Assembly (NCBI GenBank): GCA_021809545.1
Contig: JAKAYL010000003.1
Location: forward strand, 4,990 to 68,989
DNA length: 64,000 nt
From: Thermoplasmata archaeon
GTDB taxonomy: Archaea; Thermoplasmatota; Thermoplasmata; Lutacidiplasmatales; UBA184
Direction of reading: 5' to 3'
The position numbers and the translations under genes were made by a program. Positions 1 to 12,268 of the stretch are shown piece by piece. The notes below the pieces were generated by a model, which saw nothing but the letters and a program-made list of their open reading frames with translations, was not told the DNA's origin and did not search any database. Within the stretch, counting starts at the first letter, position 1. Every line of letters starts with the position of its first letter.

Positions 1-993
1 GCCGAGGCCCTGTCGCGACAGGCCTGGGAGGAGCTTCGGGGCCGGGTCGAGGACGAGTTCACCCGGATGACGGGCGAGGCCTCGGCGTTCCTTGACCTCT
101 TCCCCCTGGACGATGCCACCCACGAGCGCCTCAAGGTCGCCCTCGATGGAGCTCACCAGGCGAAGACCCACGAGGACTACCAGACGATGGCCCTGGCCAT
201 CGACCGGGCCTTCCGAGAGGTCACCCAGGCCACGGTCAAATTCCTCCACAAGCAAGCCGAGCGGATCCACCGGGTCCCCGACAGCTTCCAGGAGGACAAG
301 GCCCGCGAGCTCATGGTCCAGATCGACGTGGTCATGGACAGTCTGCGGGAGAATCGCCTGAGCTCCGTGGCCGAGAAGTGGAAGACGCTCAAGACCGACG
401 TGGACAAATTCCTCACGTCCTACGTCGATGCCGAAGCGGACCGCCTGGCCGAGCTGGGCATGGTCATCGAACGGCTGGGACTGGATTTCACCCCGATCAT
501 CGAGCGCATCTCGGAGGCGAAGACCGCGGTCCAGGGGGACGACCTCGACGGGGCCACCGGGAAGCTCGGGCAGGCCTTCCTCATGCTCGACGCCATGATC
601 CGCGAATCCGTGCCGGCAAAGGCCAAGGACTTCCGCAAAAGGATCCTACGGGCCCGGGACCAGCTCAACGTCTCGACGACCGGGATGGAGGAGCTCGTTG
701 CCGAGTCCGAACGGCTCCTTTCCTCCGGGGAACCGGTGCGCTCGGCCCGTACGCTCATGGACGCCGAGAACGAGCTCAACAACCGGAAGGGCTGGCAGAC
801 CGAGCTCATGAACCTCCAGAGCATCCTGGTCTCCCTCACCGAGCAGGCCGAGGCGGATAGCATCGACACCGTCTCGGTCACGAAGCTCATGGAGGAGGCG
901 GTGAGCCTCAAGACCCGGGGCGACTACAAGTCTGCGCTGGAGAAGCTGCGGGCCGGTCAAGAGGAGATCAGGCGCCTTCTGCCCCAGGCGTAG
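1..993 (+). CDS. C-terminal part of a large alpha-helical/coiled-coil repeat protein (5' end outside window)
   Basis: Frame 1 is open from base 1 to the stop at 993. Amphipathic helical segments recur (e.g. 'AKTAVQGDDLDGA', 'LKTRGDYKSALEKL'). Confidence 0.7.
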   Translation, partial: AEALSRQAWEELRGRVEDEFTRMTGEASAFLDLFPLDDATHERLKVALDGAHQAKTHEDYQTMALAIDRAFREVTQATVKFLHKQAERIHRVPDSFQEDKARELMVQIDVVMDSLRENRLSSVAEKWKTLKTDVDKFLTSYVDAEADRLAELGMVIERLGLDFTPIIERISEAKTAVQGDDLDGATGKLGQAFLMLDAMIRESVPAKAKDFRKRILRARDQLNVSTTGMEELVAESERLLSSGEPVRSARTLMDAENELNNRKGWQTELMNLQSILVSLTEQAEADSIDTVSVTKLMEEAVSLKTRGDYKSALEKLRAGQEEIRRLLPQA

Positions 994-1600
994 GGGCCGT
1001 CGGGCCACCCTCCGGGGCCGGCTCGGAGGACTCCTCCTCCGGCTCTTTCCCCGGTGTCTCCGGGATGCCGAGGTTCTTCCCGAGCAGGCGTTTGAGCTTC
1101 GCCTTGTCCGTGGTATCGAAGCCGAAGTACTCCGCGAAACGGCTGCTCGTCGAGAGTTCGAGCGTGTTCGACTTCTCGCTCGCCCGCACGAAGCCGAGGT
1201 CGCGGAGCCGGGGCACATCGTCGTAGACGCTGTCGCCCAGCATCCGCATGAGGCGGCTCTGCAGGACCGGTTGATGGTAGGCGATGAGCGCGAGGGTCTT
1301 GAGGAGCCGGCGGGGAAGCTCCGGAGTGGCCACGGTCCGGGCCGTCGGCAGGTAGGCTTTCCGGACCTGGATCACCCAGCCGTCGCCCGCCCGGGTCACC
1401 TCGAGAGCGGTGAGACGGGAGGAATAGATGCGGTGGAGGCGCTTCAGCCCCTCCTGCACGTCTTTCCACTCCCCGTTCCCCAGGGAGGCGGCCAGTTGAT
1501 GGACCGTGAGGGGCTTTCCCGCCGCGAAAAGGAGGGCCTCGATCTTGAGGAGCAGCGGGTCCTTGCCCGTCTCCACTTCCGGAGCCGGCTCAGTTGGCAC
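968..1600 (-). CDS. scpB: SMC-Scp complex subunit ScpB
   Basis: Contains 'KIEALLFAAGKPLT', 'LKTLALIAYHQPV' and 'TSSRFAEYFG'. GTG start at 1600 overlaps the scpA stop. Confidence 0.92.
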   Translation of the reverse strand: MPTEPAPEVETGKDPLLLKIEALLFAAGKPLTVHQLAASLGNGEWKDVQEGLKRLHRIYSSRLTALEVTRAGDGWVIQVRKAYLPTARTVATPELPRRLLKTLALIAYHQPVLQSRLMRMLGDSVYDDVPRLRDLGFVRASEKSNTLELSTSSRFAEYFGFDTTDKAKLKRLLGKNLGIPETPGKEPEEESSEPAPEGGPTAPTPGAEGA

Positions 1601-2582
1601 GGCCGGGCACCCCGCTGGGCTGGGTCTCCCCGATGAGGATCCTCGCCGGGTCCATCTCTTCGACCAGGCGGAGGATTTCGAGGGTTCCGTTGCCGATCGT
1701 CTTCTGGCGGATGTCCACGGCACCGCCCCGGACCAGGAAGAGCAGGGAGAGGAAGAGGGAGACCACCTTCTCCCGGGAATCCACCCCGTCGAGTACCTCC
1801 GTCATAGGGAACGACTCCCCGAGGGCGTGCTTCTGGGCCACCAGCCAGACGGCGTGGAGGTCGACGATGGGGACCTCCTCTCCATGGACCAGTACCTCGT
1901 GGGCCTTCCCCTGCTCGACCCGGAGCATCTGCCGGGTCCGCTCGGCCTCGAGGGCGATACGCGCCTCGTTCTCGGCCTCCTGGAACGCCTTGGCGAGTTC
2001 CATAAGGCTGACCGGGCGGGTCTCCGAGTGGCGCACCATCGATTGGAAGGGAGGAGCGTCCGTGGTGAGGATGGCCGAGGTGGCATCGATCTCCTCGGCG
2101 GTCGTCATGTCCGCCAGGTACCCCTCGTCGATCGGCCCGTCGTTCCCGGACAGGGCTACGTCGGGGGAGGGTTCCTGGTGGGAGTCCAGTACGACCTTGG
2201 ATTGGAGGAAGAGGATGTTCCAGGCCATGTAGAGGAGGCGGCCCGCCACGGGGAAATCCATCCCCGCGATCTTGATCCGGTCGACGTAGAGCTCGGTGAA
2301 GCGGACGAGATCGATCGCCCAGGGGTTGAACTCCTCAGAGAGGACGAGCTCGAAGAGGAGCGCGGTCGCCTTCTCGTAGGGGTCCTCGATCACCACGTGG
2401 AGCCCCTCGCGGAGGCTCTTGACCATCCCGAGGTAGCGGTCGAGCCGTTCGGAAGCCGCAAGGTCCTCGCCGATCAGGGCCTTGTTCCAGGAAAGGTACT
2501 CCAGTACGTGCTGCGCCGCCTCCCGGGAGACCGGGGAAGCGTTGAGGGCGAGCTCCTTCGCTTCCTGCTCGGAGACCGTCAT
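1590..2582 (-). CDS. scpA: Kleisin ScpA
   Basis: Contains 'FNPWAIDLVRFTELY', 'RPVSLMELAKAF' and C-terminal 'LFLSLLFLV'. Lies between smc and scpB. Confidence 0.9.
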   Translation of the reverse strand: MTVSEQEAKELALNASPVSREAAQHVLEYLSWNKALIGEDLAASERLDRYLGMVKSLREGLHVVIEDPYEKATALLFELVLSEEFNPWAIDLVRFTELYVDRIKIAGMDFPVAGRLLYMAWNILFLQSKVVLDSHQEPSPDVALSGNDGPIDEGYLADMTTAEEIDATSAILTTDAPPFQSMVRHSETRPVSLMELAKAFQEAENEARIALEAERTRQMLRVEQGKAHEVLVHGEEVPIVDLHAVWLVAQKHALGESFPMTEVLDGVDSREKVVSLFLSLLFLVRGGAVDIRQKTIGNGTLEILRLVEEMDPARILIGETQPSGVPGRAN

Positions 2583-5500
2583 GCCGCCTCTCCCTGTTGG
2601 GGTCTAGGGGCCATGTTCTCGTGCTGGGCGACCTTGGCAAGCTCCCGCTCGTCGACATCGACGATATCGTCGAGGCGGAGACCCACGACCCGGGACATCC
2701 CGTCACCGCGCATCGTGACACCGAAGAGATGCTCGGCCCACTTGAGCGTGACCTTCCGTAGCGAGATCACGATGAACTGGGCCTTCGTCGAGTTCCGGCG
2801 GAGCATCCGGCCGATGTTCTCCGCGTTGATCCCGTCCAGGCTCATGTCGACCTCGTCCAGGACGTAGAGGGGCGAGGGGTCATAGCGCTGGAGGGCGAAG
2901 ATGAAGGCGAGCGAGGCGAGGGACTTCTCCCCTCCCGAAAGCTGCTCCAGGCGGGCGGCCTTCTTGCCGAGGGGGCGCGCGCGGATGAGGAGACCGCCCT
3001 TCAGCGGGTCGCTGGGGTCTTCCATCTCAAGCTCTCCCTCTCCGCCCGCCGAGAGCTCCGCGTAGATCGTGCGGTACCCCTGGTCGACGCCCTGGATGAC
3101 CTCCGACAGGCGGACCCGTTTCTTGTCCTCGAGCTGGGCCACGAGGGAGATGAGTCCCTCGCGCTCGTCCTTGAGGCGTTGGACCTCCTCGTGGAATTCG
3201 TCCATGCGCTTCTTCTCGGCATCGTACTGCTCGAGAGCGAGGGTGTTCACCGCGCCGAGCGCGGTGATGTCCGCGGTGAGGGATTCGATCTTCCGGCGGA
3301 TCTCATCGAGGCTCTTCCCCTTGACGTCGGCTTCGGGCTCGGGGAGATCCTTCGAGGCGGAGAGTGCATCCTCGACGGCCTTCCTCGCGGTCTGAAGCCG
3401 GATCTGGAAGTCGGCGTAGAGCCCTTCCTGGGTCATCAGCTTGGTGGAGGAACGGCCTTCGTCCGTCGAGACCTCGGTGAGCTTCTTCGTCAGCTCATCC
3501 TTCTTCGAGGCGAGGGCCTTCGAGGCGTGGGATTGGCTGTCGACGACCTTCTCGATCGCGGCCAGCCGCTCCTTGGCTTCGGCGAGGTCCGAAGTGATCT
3601 TCTTGATCTCGGAGTTCTTGGCCGTGAGCCGCTTCTCGAGCTCCCCGAACTCTTTCTGGCGGGCCAAGAGGGCCTCCTTGTTCGAGGCGAGGGAAGTTGT
3701 GGCCGCTTCGAGTTCCCGGTGAAGGCGAACCCGCTCGTTGCCCAACTGCTCTCCCTCTTCTTGGAGCTTCTTCATCTTGGACCCCAGGGCCGAGGGAAGG
3801 TTCTCCAAGTATTGCTTCTCCAGCGAACTGTGCGTAACCTTCAGTTCCTCCAGGGCGGCGTTGAGCTCGGAAGAGAGTTTCTCCGCTTCGGCCGTGTCCT
3901 TCTGGAGTTGTCCCGTGCGGGAGGTGAGTTCCTTGACGCGCTGCTCGGTGCCCTTGAGCTTCTCCTTGCCCCGCTGCAGGTCCTTCGCGAGGTCGTCCAG
4001 GGCATTCGCGTTTCCCGAGACCTCCCCGGAGTGACGAGCGAGCTCCTCCGCGACCTGGCGGAGGCGTTCTGAGACGGTCTTGAGTTCGGACTTGACGAGG
4101 GCTTCCTCGGCCGTCTTGTTCCCGAGGCTCTCGGAGATGTTCCGCAGGGTCGCCATGCTCTCCTGCTTGCCCTTGCCCATCTGGCCGAGGGATCCTCCCG
4201 TCATGGCGCCGGAGGCCTCGATAAGCTCTCCGCGTAGGGTTACCAGGCGGACACCTCCCATCGCCCTGCGGGCGTTCTCGAGGGAGTCCATGACCAGCGT
4301 CTCACCGAAGACGTAGGACATTACGGATTCAAGGGCCCCGTCGTACTTCACGAGGTCCAGCACGAAGCCCTTGCATCCCGGGGCCTTCTGGACGACGAGG
4401 GACTTGCCCTTCGGGCGGACGGGGAGCATCTTGTTGAGGGGAAGGAGAGTGACCCGGCCCTTCTTCTCCCGGTTGAGGAGCTCGATGCAGGCCTGGGCCG
4501 TCGCATCCGTATCGACCACCAGGGACTGGAGCCGGTTGCCTCCTGCGATGGAGACGGCGGTCGCGATCTCGGAATCGAAGCTGAGCAGGTCCTCGACCTT
4601 TCCCCGGATCCCGCTGATCTTGCCCAAGTTCCCTTGGGTCAGGAGGAAGTCCGTGGCGAGGGCCAGTGAGCCACCCTGGGCCCCGCGTTCCTTCAGCTTC
4701 GCATCCAGAGCCGAATAGGAACGGTTGAGTTCGAGAAGCTCCCGGGCGAGATCGTCTGCATGGGCGGAGAGATTGCGCTCCTTGGCCTTCAGTTGGTGGA
4801 GTTCCTGGGTCAACGCTCCGACGTTCTGTTCGCTCCCTTTGCGGCTGTTGGAAGCGTCCCGGACACGGAACTCGAGGTCCTTGACCTCGGCCTGTTGGTT
4901 CTTGAGCTCCTCCTCCGCAAGGGCGAGTTCCCGCTCCGCGGAGGAAATCTCCGCCTTCTTGGATTCCAGGCTCTGCAGGGCCTCCTGCCAGGCGGTCTGC
5001 TTCGTCTGCTGATCCTTCTCGTTGAGGAAGACGGCCTTCTTGAGTTCCGCCGCCTTCTGGGAGATGTTCTTCGAGTCCCCGGTGGAAGAGAGCGCCTGGG
5101 TGTGGGCTTGGACCCTCTTCTCGATCGCGTCTACGTCCGAAGCGAGGGCCTCGGCCTTCTTCTTGAGCTCCTCGATGGACTTGCGTCGGTCGGTGAGTTC
5201 CTTATCGAGGGAGGTCTTCTCCTTCGAGAGGGCGGCCTGATTCTCCTGCTCCTTCTCGAGAGCCATGTCCAGGCTTCCGACATCGAGGGTCGCCTTGTCC
5301 TTCTCCTGCTTGATCTTCAGTGCCTCTTCTCCACCCTTCTTGGCGATCTCGGCGTCGAGGCCGTTGATCTCAGATTGCAGTCGCGAGCGCTCGGTCCGCA
5401 GCTCCTCGAGGCGCGCCTTGAGCTTCGTGATGTCATTCGAGATGTCGTCGAGGCGCTTCTCGTTGGTGGAAACATCGGCCTTGAGCCGGGAGAGGTTCAT

Positions 5501-6211
5501 GTGGGCTAGGGCGGACTCGTAGCGCCGCTTCTGGTCGCTGAGGTCCTTGAAGCGCAATGCCTGGGTCCGCTGCCCGTCGAGCTCCGCCAGATGCCGCTCC
5601 ACTTCGCTCAGGAGGGTGGCGATCTGGGTCATGTTCGCTTCCAAGCTGGTCCGCTTCTCCCCCGCCCGGGCAAGATCGTCGTCGTACTGGGCGATCCCGG
5701 CCAATCTCTCCAGAAGTCCCCGGCGCTCCAGGGGGGACATCACGATGATCCGGTTGATCTCTCCCTGCTGGACGATATTGTACCCGTCGGCAGAGAGCCG
5801 GGCCTTGGAGAGCAGGGCGTCCATCTCTCCCTGGGTGCTCCGTCGGCCATTCACGTAAAAGTATGAGTAGTATCCGTCAGGGTTGCCCGGGGCGAGCTTG
5901 ACGTAACGCGTGAACTCGACCTCGTCCATGTCGATCGCCAGTGCCCGGTCCGTGTTGTCGAAGATGAGCGAGACCTCGCACTCGGTGGCCGGCTTGCCCG
6001 TCTTCCCACCGTCGAAGAAGAGGCGCGTCAGCCGGTCGGCCCGGAGCGCCTTGGAGCTCGGTGGGCCTAGAACGAAGAGGATCGAGTCCGAGATGTTCGA
6101 CTTGCCCATCCCGTTCGGGCCCGCCACACCCGTGAATCCCGTCGAGAAAGGCACTTCCGTCGTCCCGGCAAAAGACTTGAAGTTGTGCAGCCTTAGCTTC
6201 TTTAGATACAT
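2579..6211 (-). CDS. smc: Chromosome segregation protein SMC
   Basis: Has NFKSF, Walker A GPNGMGKS, hinge 'SGAMTGGS', signature LSGGEKS, Walker B LDEVD and long coiled coils (1210 aa). Confidence 0.98.
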   Translation of the reverse strand: MYLKKLRLHNFKSFAGTTEVPFSTGFTGVAGPNGMGKSNISDSILFVLGPPSSKALRADRLTRLFFDGGKTGKPATECEVSLIFDNTDRALAIDMDEVEFTRYVKLAPGNPDGYYSYFYVNGRRSTQGEMDALLSKARLSADGYNIVQQGEINRIIVMSPLERRGLLERLAGIAQYDDDLARAGEKRTSLEANMTQIATLLSEVERHLAELDGQRTQALRFKDLSDQKRRYESALAHMNLSRLKADVSTNEKRLDDISNDITKLKARLEELRTERSRLQSEINGLDAEIAKKGGEEALKIKQEKDKATLDVGSLDMALEKEQENQAALSKEKTSLDKELTDRRKSIEELKKKAEALASDVDAIEKRVQAHTQALSSTGDSKNISQKAAELKKAVFLNEKDQQTKQTAWQEALQSLESKKAEISSAERELALAEEELKNQQAEVKDLEFRVRDASNSRKGSEQNVGALTQELHQLKAKERNLSAHADDLARELLELNRSYSALDAKLKERGAQGGSLALATDFLLTQGNLGKISGIRGKVEDLLSFDSEIATAVSIAGGNRLQSLVVDTDATAQACIELLNREKKGRVTLLPLNKMLPVRPKGKSLVVQKAPGCKGFVLDLVKYDGALESVMSYVFGETLVMDSLENARRAMGGVRLVTLRGELIEASGAMTGGSLGQMGKGKQESMATLRNISESLGNKTAEEALVKSELKTVSERLRQVAEELARHSGEVSGNANALDDLAKDLQRGKEKLKGTEQRVKELTSRTGQLQKDTAEAEKLSSELNAALEELKVTHSSLEKQYLENLPSALGSKMKKLQEEGEQLGNERVRLHRELEAATTSLASNKEALLARQKEFGELEKRLTAKNSEIKKITSDLAEAKERLAAIEKVVDSQSHASKALASKKDELTKKLTEVSTDEGRSSTKLMTQEGLYADFQIRLQTARKAVEDALSASKDLPEPEADVKGKSLDEIRRKIESLTADITALGAVNTLALEQYDAEKKRMDEFHEEVQRLKDEREGLISLVAQLEDKKRVRLSEVIQGVDQGYRTIYAELSAGGEGELEMEDPSDPLKGGLLIRARPLGKKAARLEQLSGGEKSLASLAFIFALQRYDPSPLYVLDEVDMSLDGINAENIGRMLRRNSTKAQFIVISLRKVTLKWAEHLFGVTMRGDGMSRVVGLRLDDIVDVDERELAKVAQHENMAPRPQQGEAA

Positions 6212-6234
6212 GGGGGGTAGCCTCCGGTCTCCGC

Positions 6235-6316
6235 GTCAGACAATGTAGGGGGTTCTGTCACGGGGGTGTCTGACATTTGTCTGCTACCTTGACTAAGTAT
6301 GTCATCCCCTATTTAA
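6235..6316 (-). promoter_or_regulatory. smc promoter region with TATA-like box and clustered GTCAGACA/TGTCTGAC inverted repeats
   Basis: TTAAAT on the minus strand at 6311-6316. Perfect 8-bp inverted repeat at 6235-6242 / 6267-6274. Confidence 0.4.
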
Positions 6317-6500
6317 TCGTTTAGGTCGAGTGGAAACGGTTTTCCACGGCGGGGAATTTCTTATAGGTTGCGGGCTAGGGGGGGTTCGCGGACCATGGAA
6401 GACCCAACGCAAAACTGCCCGTATCCGGCGTCGAGCGGAGACCGCGAAAGTCTGGGAAGCCCTCTCTGGGCGTGAAGGGTCCGAGAAGAGGAATCCAACC

Positions 6501-7343
6501 ATGTGTCGTCTCTTTGGCATGCTGTCTGCGAGCGGTACGAAAGCCTCCGAGTACCTCGTTCATTCCGAGAACTCCCTCCTCCGGCAAGCGGATGCCGACC
6601 CGAAGCGCCTCCAAGACGACGGGTGGGGGATCGGCTGGTACGAGGATGCTCGGGCCGAGGTCAAGAAGGGTGACCTCGGGGCGTTCCGCCCCAAGGAGAG
6701 GAAGGCCTTCCTTGCGGCCGCCCAGAAGGCGAGAGGATCGCTCGTGGTTGGGCACCTCCGCAAGGCGAGCAATCCGATGGACCTCCCCAAGACGAAGCTC
6801 CACGGGCCGCTCAACAGCCAGCCCTTCGCGCACGGGAGCGCCCTCTTCCTCCACAACGGGTGGATCCCCTTTCCGCAGGAGACTCGCCCCTTCCTTGGGG
6901 AGTACTCCGAGGCCCCGCTGGGGATCAACGACTCGGAGGTCTTCTTCTACCTCCTTCTCCATCGGATCGAGAAGGACCGCAGCGTCCCGCGGGCCTACGA
7001 AGCTTCTCTGGTCGACCTCCGCGAGGTCTGGCAAGCTCAGGGAAGGTCCGACGAAGGTCCCTACGGGGGGATGAACATCCTCTTCTCCCGCACGCCGCAC
7101 GAGCTGTGGGCCTTCTGCAACTTCCATGGGGACCACGGCAAGGCGTTGGGTGGTGGTGACCGTCCCTACTACGAGATGTGCTATCGGGAATCCGGGGACA
7201 CCCTGCTGGTGGCCAGCGAGCCCATGGATTCTCCCGCAGATTCCTGGCTGCGCCTGCCGGCAGGAGGGTACCTGCATGCGGAGCTGAAGAACGGCGCCGT
7301 GAAGGTGAGGAAGGGCACCTTCCAAGAACCCGCCTGGAAGTAG
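6501..7343 (+). CDS. Class II glutamine amidotransferase (YafJ/EgtC-like)
   Basis: N-terminal nucleophile 'MCRLFG', plus 'DGWGIGWY', 'HLRKAS', 'FLHNG', 'DSE' and 'VASEP'. Confidence 0.88.
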   Translation: MCRLFGMLSASGTKASEYLVHSENSLLRQADADPKRLQDDGWGIGWYEDARAEVKKGDLGAFRPKERKAFLAAAQKARGSLVVGHLRKASNPMDLPKTKLHGPLNSQPFAHGSALFLHNGWIPFPQETRPFLGEYSEAPLGINDSEVFFYLLLHRIEKDRSVPRAYEASLVDLREVWQAQGRSDEGPYGGMNILFSRTPHELWAFCNFHGDHGKALGGGDRPYYEMCYRESGDTLLVASEPMDSPADSWLRLPAGGYLHAELKNGAVKVRKGTFQEPAWK

Positions 7344-7392
7344 TTCGTACGGCTCCGCCCCGGTCGTCGGCTGGGCTTGGATCGCCCCGAGG

Positions 7393-9429
<2,037 letters not shown>

Positions 9430-9540
9430 CAAAAGACCGAGGGTCCGCTCCGATATATGTTGGTTGTCGTTCCATGCGACCCAGGAAGCGGCCGCCCCCG
9501 TCGGGACTAGGATTATTAGCACCTCCTCATTCGGAAGGGC

Positions 9541-9864
9541 ATGGAGTCCGTCGTGCCCTCCGATTTCACTGGGAACAACTTGGGAAAGAGTGGTGACTGG
9601 GTCGTGTGCTTCGGTGCCGAGTGGTGCGGGTTTTGCCGCGCCTTCCGCCCCAAGTTTGAGAAACTGGAAGGGCAGGTGAAGGGGACCCTGGCCTGGGCCG
9701 ACGTCTCCGACTCGGAGAACCCTCTGTGGGAGTCCTTCCATCTCGAGGTCATCCCCACGGTGGTGGTCTTCCGGGGCGGTGCCGTTCACTGGCGGCGTGA
9801 CGGGAAGAGCATGCGGGGACTCTCCGACGGGGATATCACCGACATCAAGGCCGCCACTTTGTAG
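9541..9864 (+). CDS. Thioredoxin family protein
   Basis: WCGFC active site and cis-Pro 'IPT'; 107 aa. Confidence 0.9.
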   Translation: MESVVPSDFTGNNLGKSGDWVVCFGAEWCGFCRAFRPKFEKLEGQVKGTLAWADVSDSENPLWESFHLEVIPTVVVFRGGAVHWRRDGKSMRGLSDGDITDIKAATL

Positions 9865-9875
9865 GTGGCGATCCC

Positions 9876-10361
9876 TTGGCAGCCCTGTCCTTCCGGATCA
9901 CGGTCAGGGCGCCGCGCGAGAAGGTTTTCGATTTCATATCCAACGGGGAGAACGCTCCCCAGTGGCACGGCTCCATCCGGAGCGCCCGGCACACGGCCCC
10001 CCTCCCCATCCGGCGGGGGTCGCATCTGGTGCTGGGAGCCAAGCTCGGTCGACGGCAGTTCTCCTGGGTCCAGGAGGTCTCGGGGTGGGATCCTCCGACG
10101 AGCTTTGAGGACCGGATGATCCCGGACCGCTCCGAGATCCGAAAGGAGGAACCAGGCCCCCCTCCCTTCCGCACCTTCGTGGACTCCTGCGAACTCCGCG
10201 ATGTCCCGGGAGGCACCGAAGTGCTCTTTGGAGTGAAGTACGGGCTTCCGTACGGTCCGCTTGGCACCTTGCTGGATCTGCTGGTCTTCCGAACGCGAGT
10301 ACGGACGGAGACGGAGCAGTCTCTCCAACGGCTCAAGACCCTGCTGGAGTCCCCGGCATGA
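9876..10361 (+). CDS. SRPBCC (START-like/polyketide cyclase) family protein
   Basis: N-terminal motif 'ITVRAPREKVFDFISNGENAPQW' and C-terminal helix 'SLQRLKTLLES'. Confidence 0.8.
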   Translation: MAALSFRITVRAPREKVFDFISNGENAPQWHGSIRSARHTAPLPIRRGSHLVLGAKLGRRQFSWVQEVSGWDPPTSFEDRMIPDRSEIRKEEPGPPPFRTFVDSCELRDVPGGTEVLFGVKYGLPYGPLGTLLDLLVFRTRVRTETEQSLQRLKTLLESPA

Positions 10362-12268
10362 AGATCCCTCTGGAGCACCTTTGCGCGGCGCTCATTCCCC
10401 CCGGAGGGAAGATCTCCCCGGGGGCCGGCGAGCTCGAGGTGCCGCAGGAAATCGAGGCCCTGGCGCGGCAGGGGGACCGGGTCTCCGAACTCCTGGTGCG
10501 AAGTGCGGCTTGGTCCCTGGAGTTCTCCGCCTTCTTTTCTCCCAAAGGACGCCGACTTTCCTCCCTCTCGCCGGACGAGGCGGCGGACCACGTAGTTTCG
10601 CTCTCCGACAAGGGAGGGATGCTGGGGAGCAGCGTGCAGCTCCTGCGTCACCTGATCGAGGCTAGCTACACGGCCCACCCTCCGATCCGCTCCGCTCTTG
10701 GGGTCGGGCCGGCTCCCACGTCCGACCTGGGTCCCCCAACCCCTCCTCTTCCCGTCCTCCCCCATGCTTCGGTGGGAGTGAAGGTTCGGAGGGAGTGCGA
10801 CGTTTGCATCGTGGGGACCGGGGCCGGCGGAGCTCCCGCCGCCAAGGTCCTCGCCGCCGCAGGGCTCAAGGTCCTGTTCTTGGAAGAAGGAGGGGCGTAC
10901 AACCGCGCGGACTTTTCGGGGCCACCGCTGCAGCGGATGGCGCGCCACTACCGTGGCGGGGGTCTCCTCACCACCCTTGGGCGACCTATCGTCTCGGTGG
11001 TGGAGGCCATGGCCGTGGGCGGGACCACCGTCTTCAACTCCGGCAGCTGTTTCCGGCCTCCCCCCGAGGTGGTCCGTCAATGGTCCCGGGACCTCCATCT
11101 CCCGTCGTTGACACCGGAATCTCTGGCTCCGTACCTGGATCGGGCGGAACAGACCCTCGGTGTTGGGACCCCGACCTGGGATATCCTGGGGGGGAATGCC
11201 CGGACCCTGAAGGACGGGGCGATTGCCTTACATCATCCTGACCACGGGATCATTCCCCGGCCCGCCCCGGGGTGCCGCGGTTCCGATGAATGCGTCATCG
11301 GCTGCCCGCGGGACGCCAAGCGGAGCATGGCCCTCTCCTATGTTCCGCAGGCGCTCGCCCTGGGGGCCCATATCATGGCCGGTGCGACCGTCCACAGGAT
11401 CCGGAGGGAGGGTGGTTCCGGGGGGTCGTGGGTCGTGGCGGCCACTTTGCGCGATCCCCGCACCCAGGTCTCCGCAGGAACTCTCGAGGTGCGGGCCCGG
11501 TACGTGGTCGTGGCCGCGGGGGCGCTCCACACCCCTCTCCTCTTGCCGCGGGTGGGGGACCGCTCCTCCCGAGGGCACCGCGGCCGACACCTCCGTCTTC
11601 ATCCCTCCTTCGAGGTGGCCGGGGAGATGCCCCAGGAGGTCAAGGGCTGGGAGGGGGTCCTTCAGTCCTACTTCGTCCGGGAATCCGATGAACGGATCCT
11701 GCTGGAGGCCACCTTCCAACCGAGGGGGATCCTCAGCACCGCCGGGCTCCTCCCAGTTGCGGGCCAGGCGTACAAGGAATATCTTCCCTCGGTCTCCCGG
11801 TGGGCGATCGTGGGGGGGATGGTGAGCGAGGACACGGAGGGAAAGCTGATCGCGGAAACCTCGGGGCGTCCTTGGATGCTCTACGACCTCCTTGCTTCCG
11901 ACGTCCAGCGTATCCACAAGGCCATGTTGCTCTCCGCCCGTCTGCTCTTCTCGGCCGGGGCCCGGAAGGTCTTCCTCCCCGTGGGCGGTGGACGCGTGGT
12001 CGATTCCCCTGGGGACCTGGACCGCCTACCCGTCCCGGAACGCGACAAGCTGCACCTCTTCGCCTTCCATCCGTTGGGCACGGCCCGAATGGCCGGGGAC
12101 CCGGAACTCGGAGCGGTCGATGAGAGGGGGATCGTCTGGGGGACAGAGGGGCTGGGGGTGTCGGATGCGAGCATTCTTCCGGGCTCTCCCCACGTGAATC
12201 CGATGATCAGCATCATCGCCCTGGCGGAACGGAACGCAGAGTTATGGCAGAAGGAATGGAAGGCATAG
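10358..12268 (+). CDS. GMC family flavin oxidoreductase
   Basis: FAD motif 'IVGTGAGG', 'VGGTTVFNSG', Cys cluster 'CRGSDECVIGC', 'FHPLGTARM' and 'DASILP...VNP'. Confidence 0.92.
   Translation: MKIPLEHLCAALIPPGGKISPGAGELEVPQEIEALARQGDRVSELLVRSAAWSLEFSAFFSPKGRRLSSLSPDEAADHVVSLSDKGGMLGSSVQLLRHLIEASYTAHPPIRSALGVGPAPTSDLGPPTPPLPVLPHASVGVKVRRECDVCIVGTGAGGAPAAKVLAAAGLKVLFLEEGGAYNRADFSGPPLQRMARHYRGGGLLTTLGRPIVSVVEAMAVGGTTVFNSGSCFRPPPEVVRQWSRDLHLPSLTPESLAPYLDRAEQTLGVGTPTWDILGGNARTLKDGAIALHHPDHGIIPRPAPGCRGSDECVIGCPRDAKRSMALSYVPQALALGAHIMAGATVHRIRREGGSGGSWVVAATLRDPRTQVSAGTLEVRARYVVVAAGALHTPLLLPRVGDRSSRGHRGRHLRLHPSFEVAGEMPQEVKGWEGVLQSYFVRESDERILLEATFQPRGILSTAGLLPVAGQAYKEYLPSVSRWAIVGGMVSEDTEGKLIAETSGRPWMLYDLLASDVQRIHKAMLLSARLLFSAGARKVFLPVGGGRVVDSPGDLDRLPVPERDKLHLFAFHPLGTARMAGDPELGAVDERGIVWGTEGLGVSDASILPGSPHVNPMISIIALAERNAELWQKEWKA

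Noticed and set aside
1506-2867. 453-aa plus-strand ORF (similar long ORFs at 12783-14951 and 37556-39205)
   Set aside because: These are antisense shadows of scpA/smc, hppA and acs, caused by high GC3. They show no motifs.
6372-6500. GGGCTAGGGGGGGTTCG resembling the 5' end of archaeal SRP RNA
   Set aside because: The space is too short (~130 nt) and there is no helix-8 SRP54-binding motif.
9430-9789. N-terminal extension of UvrB (likewise 23038-23397 for KaiC and 48370-48561 for the DUF998 fusion)
   Set aside because: These extensions run through promoters or neighbouring genes; family similarity starts at the downstream start codon.
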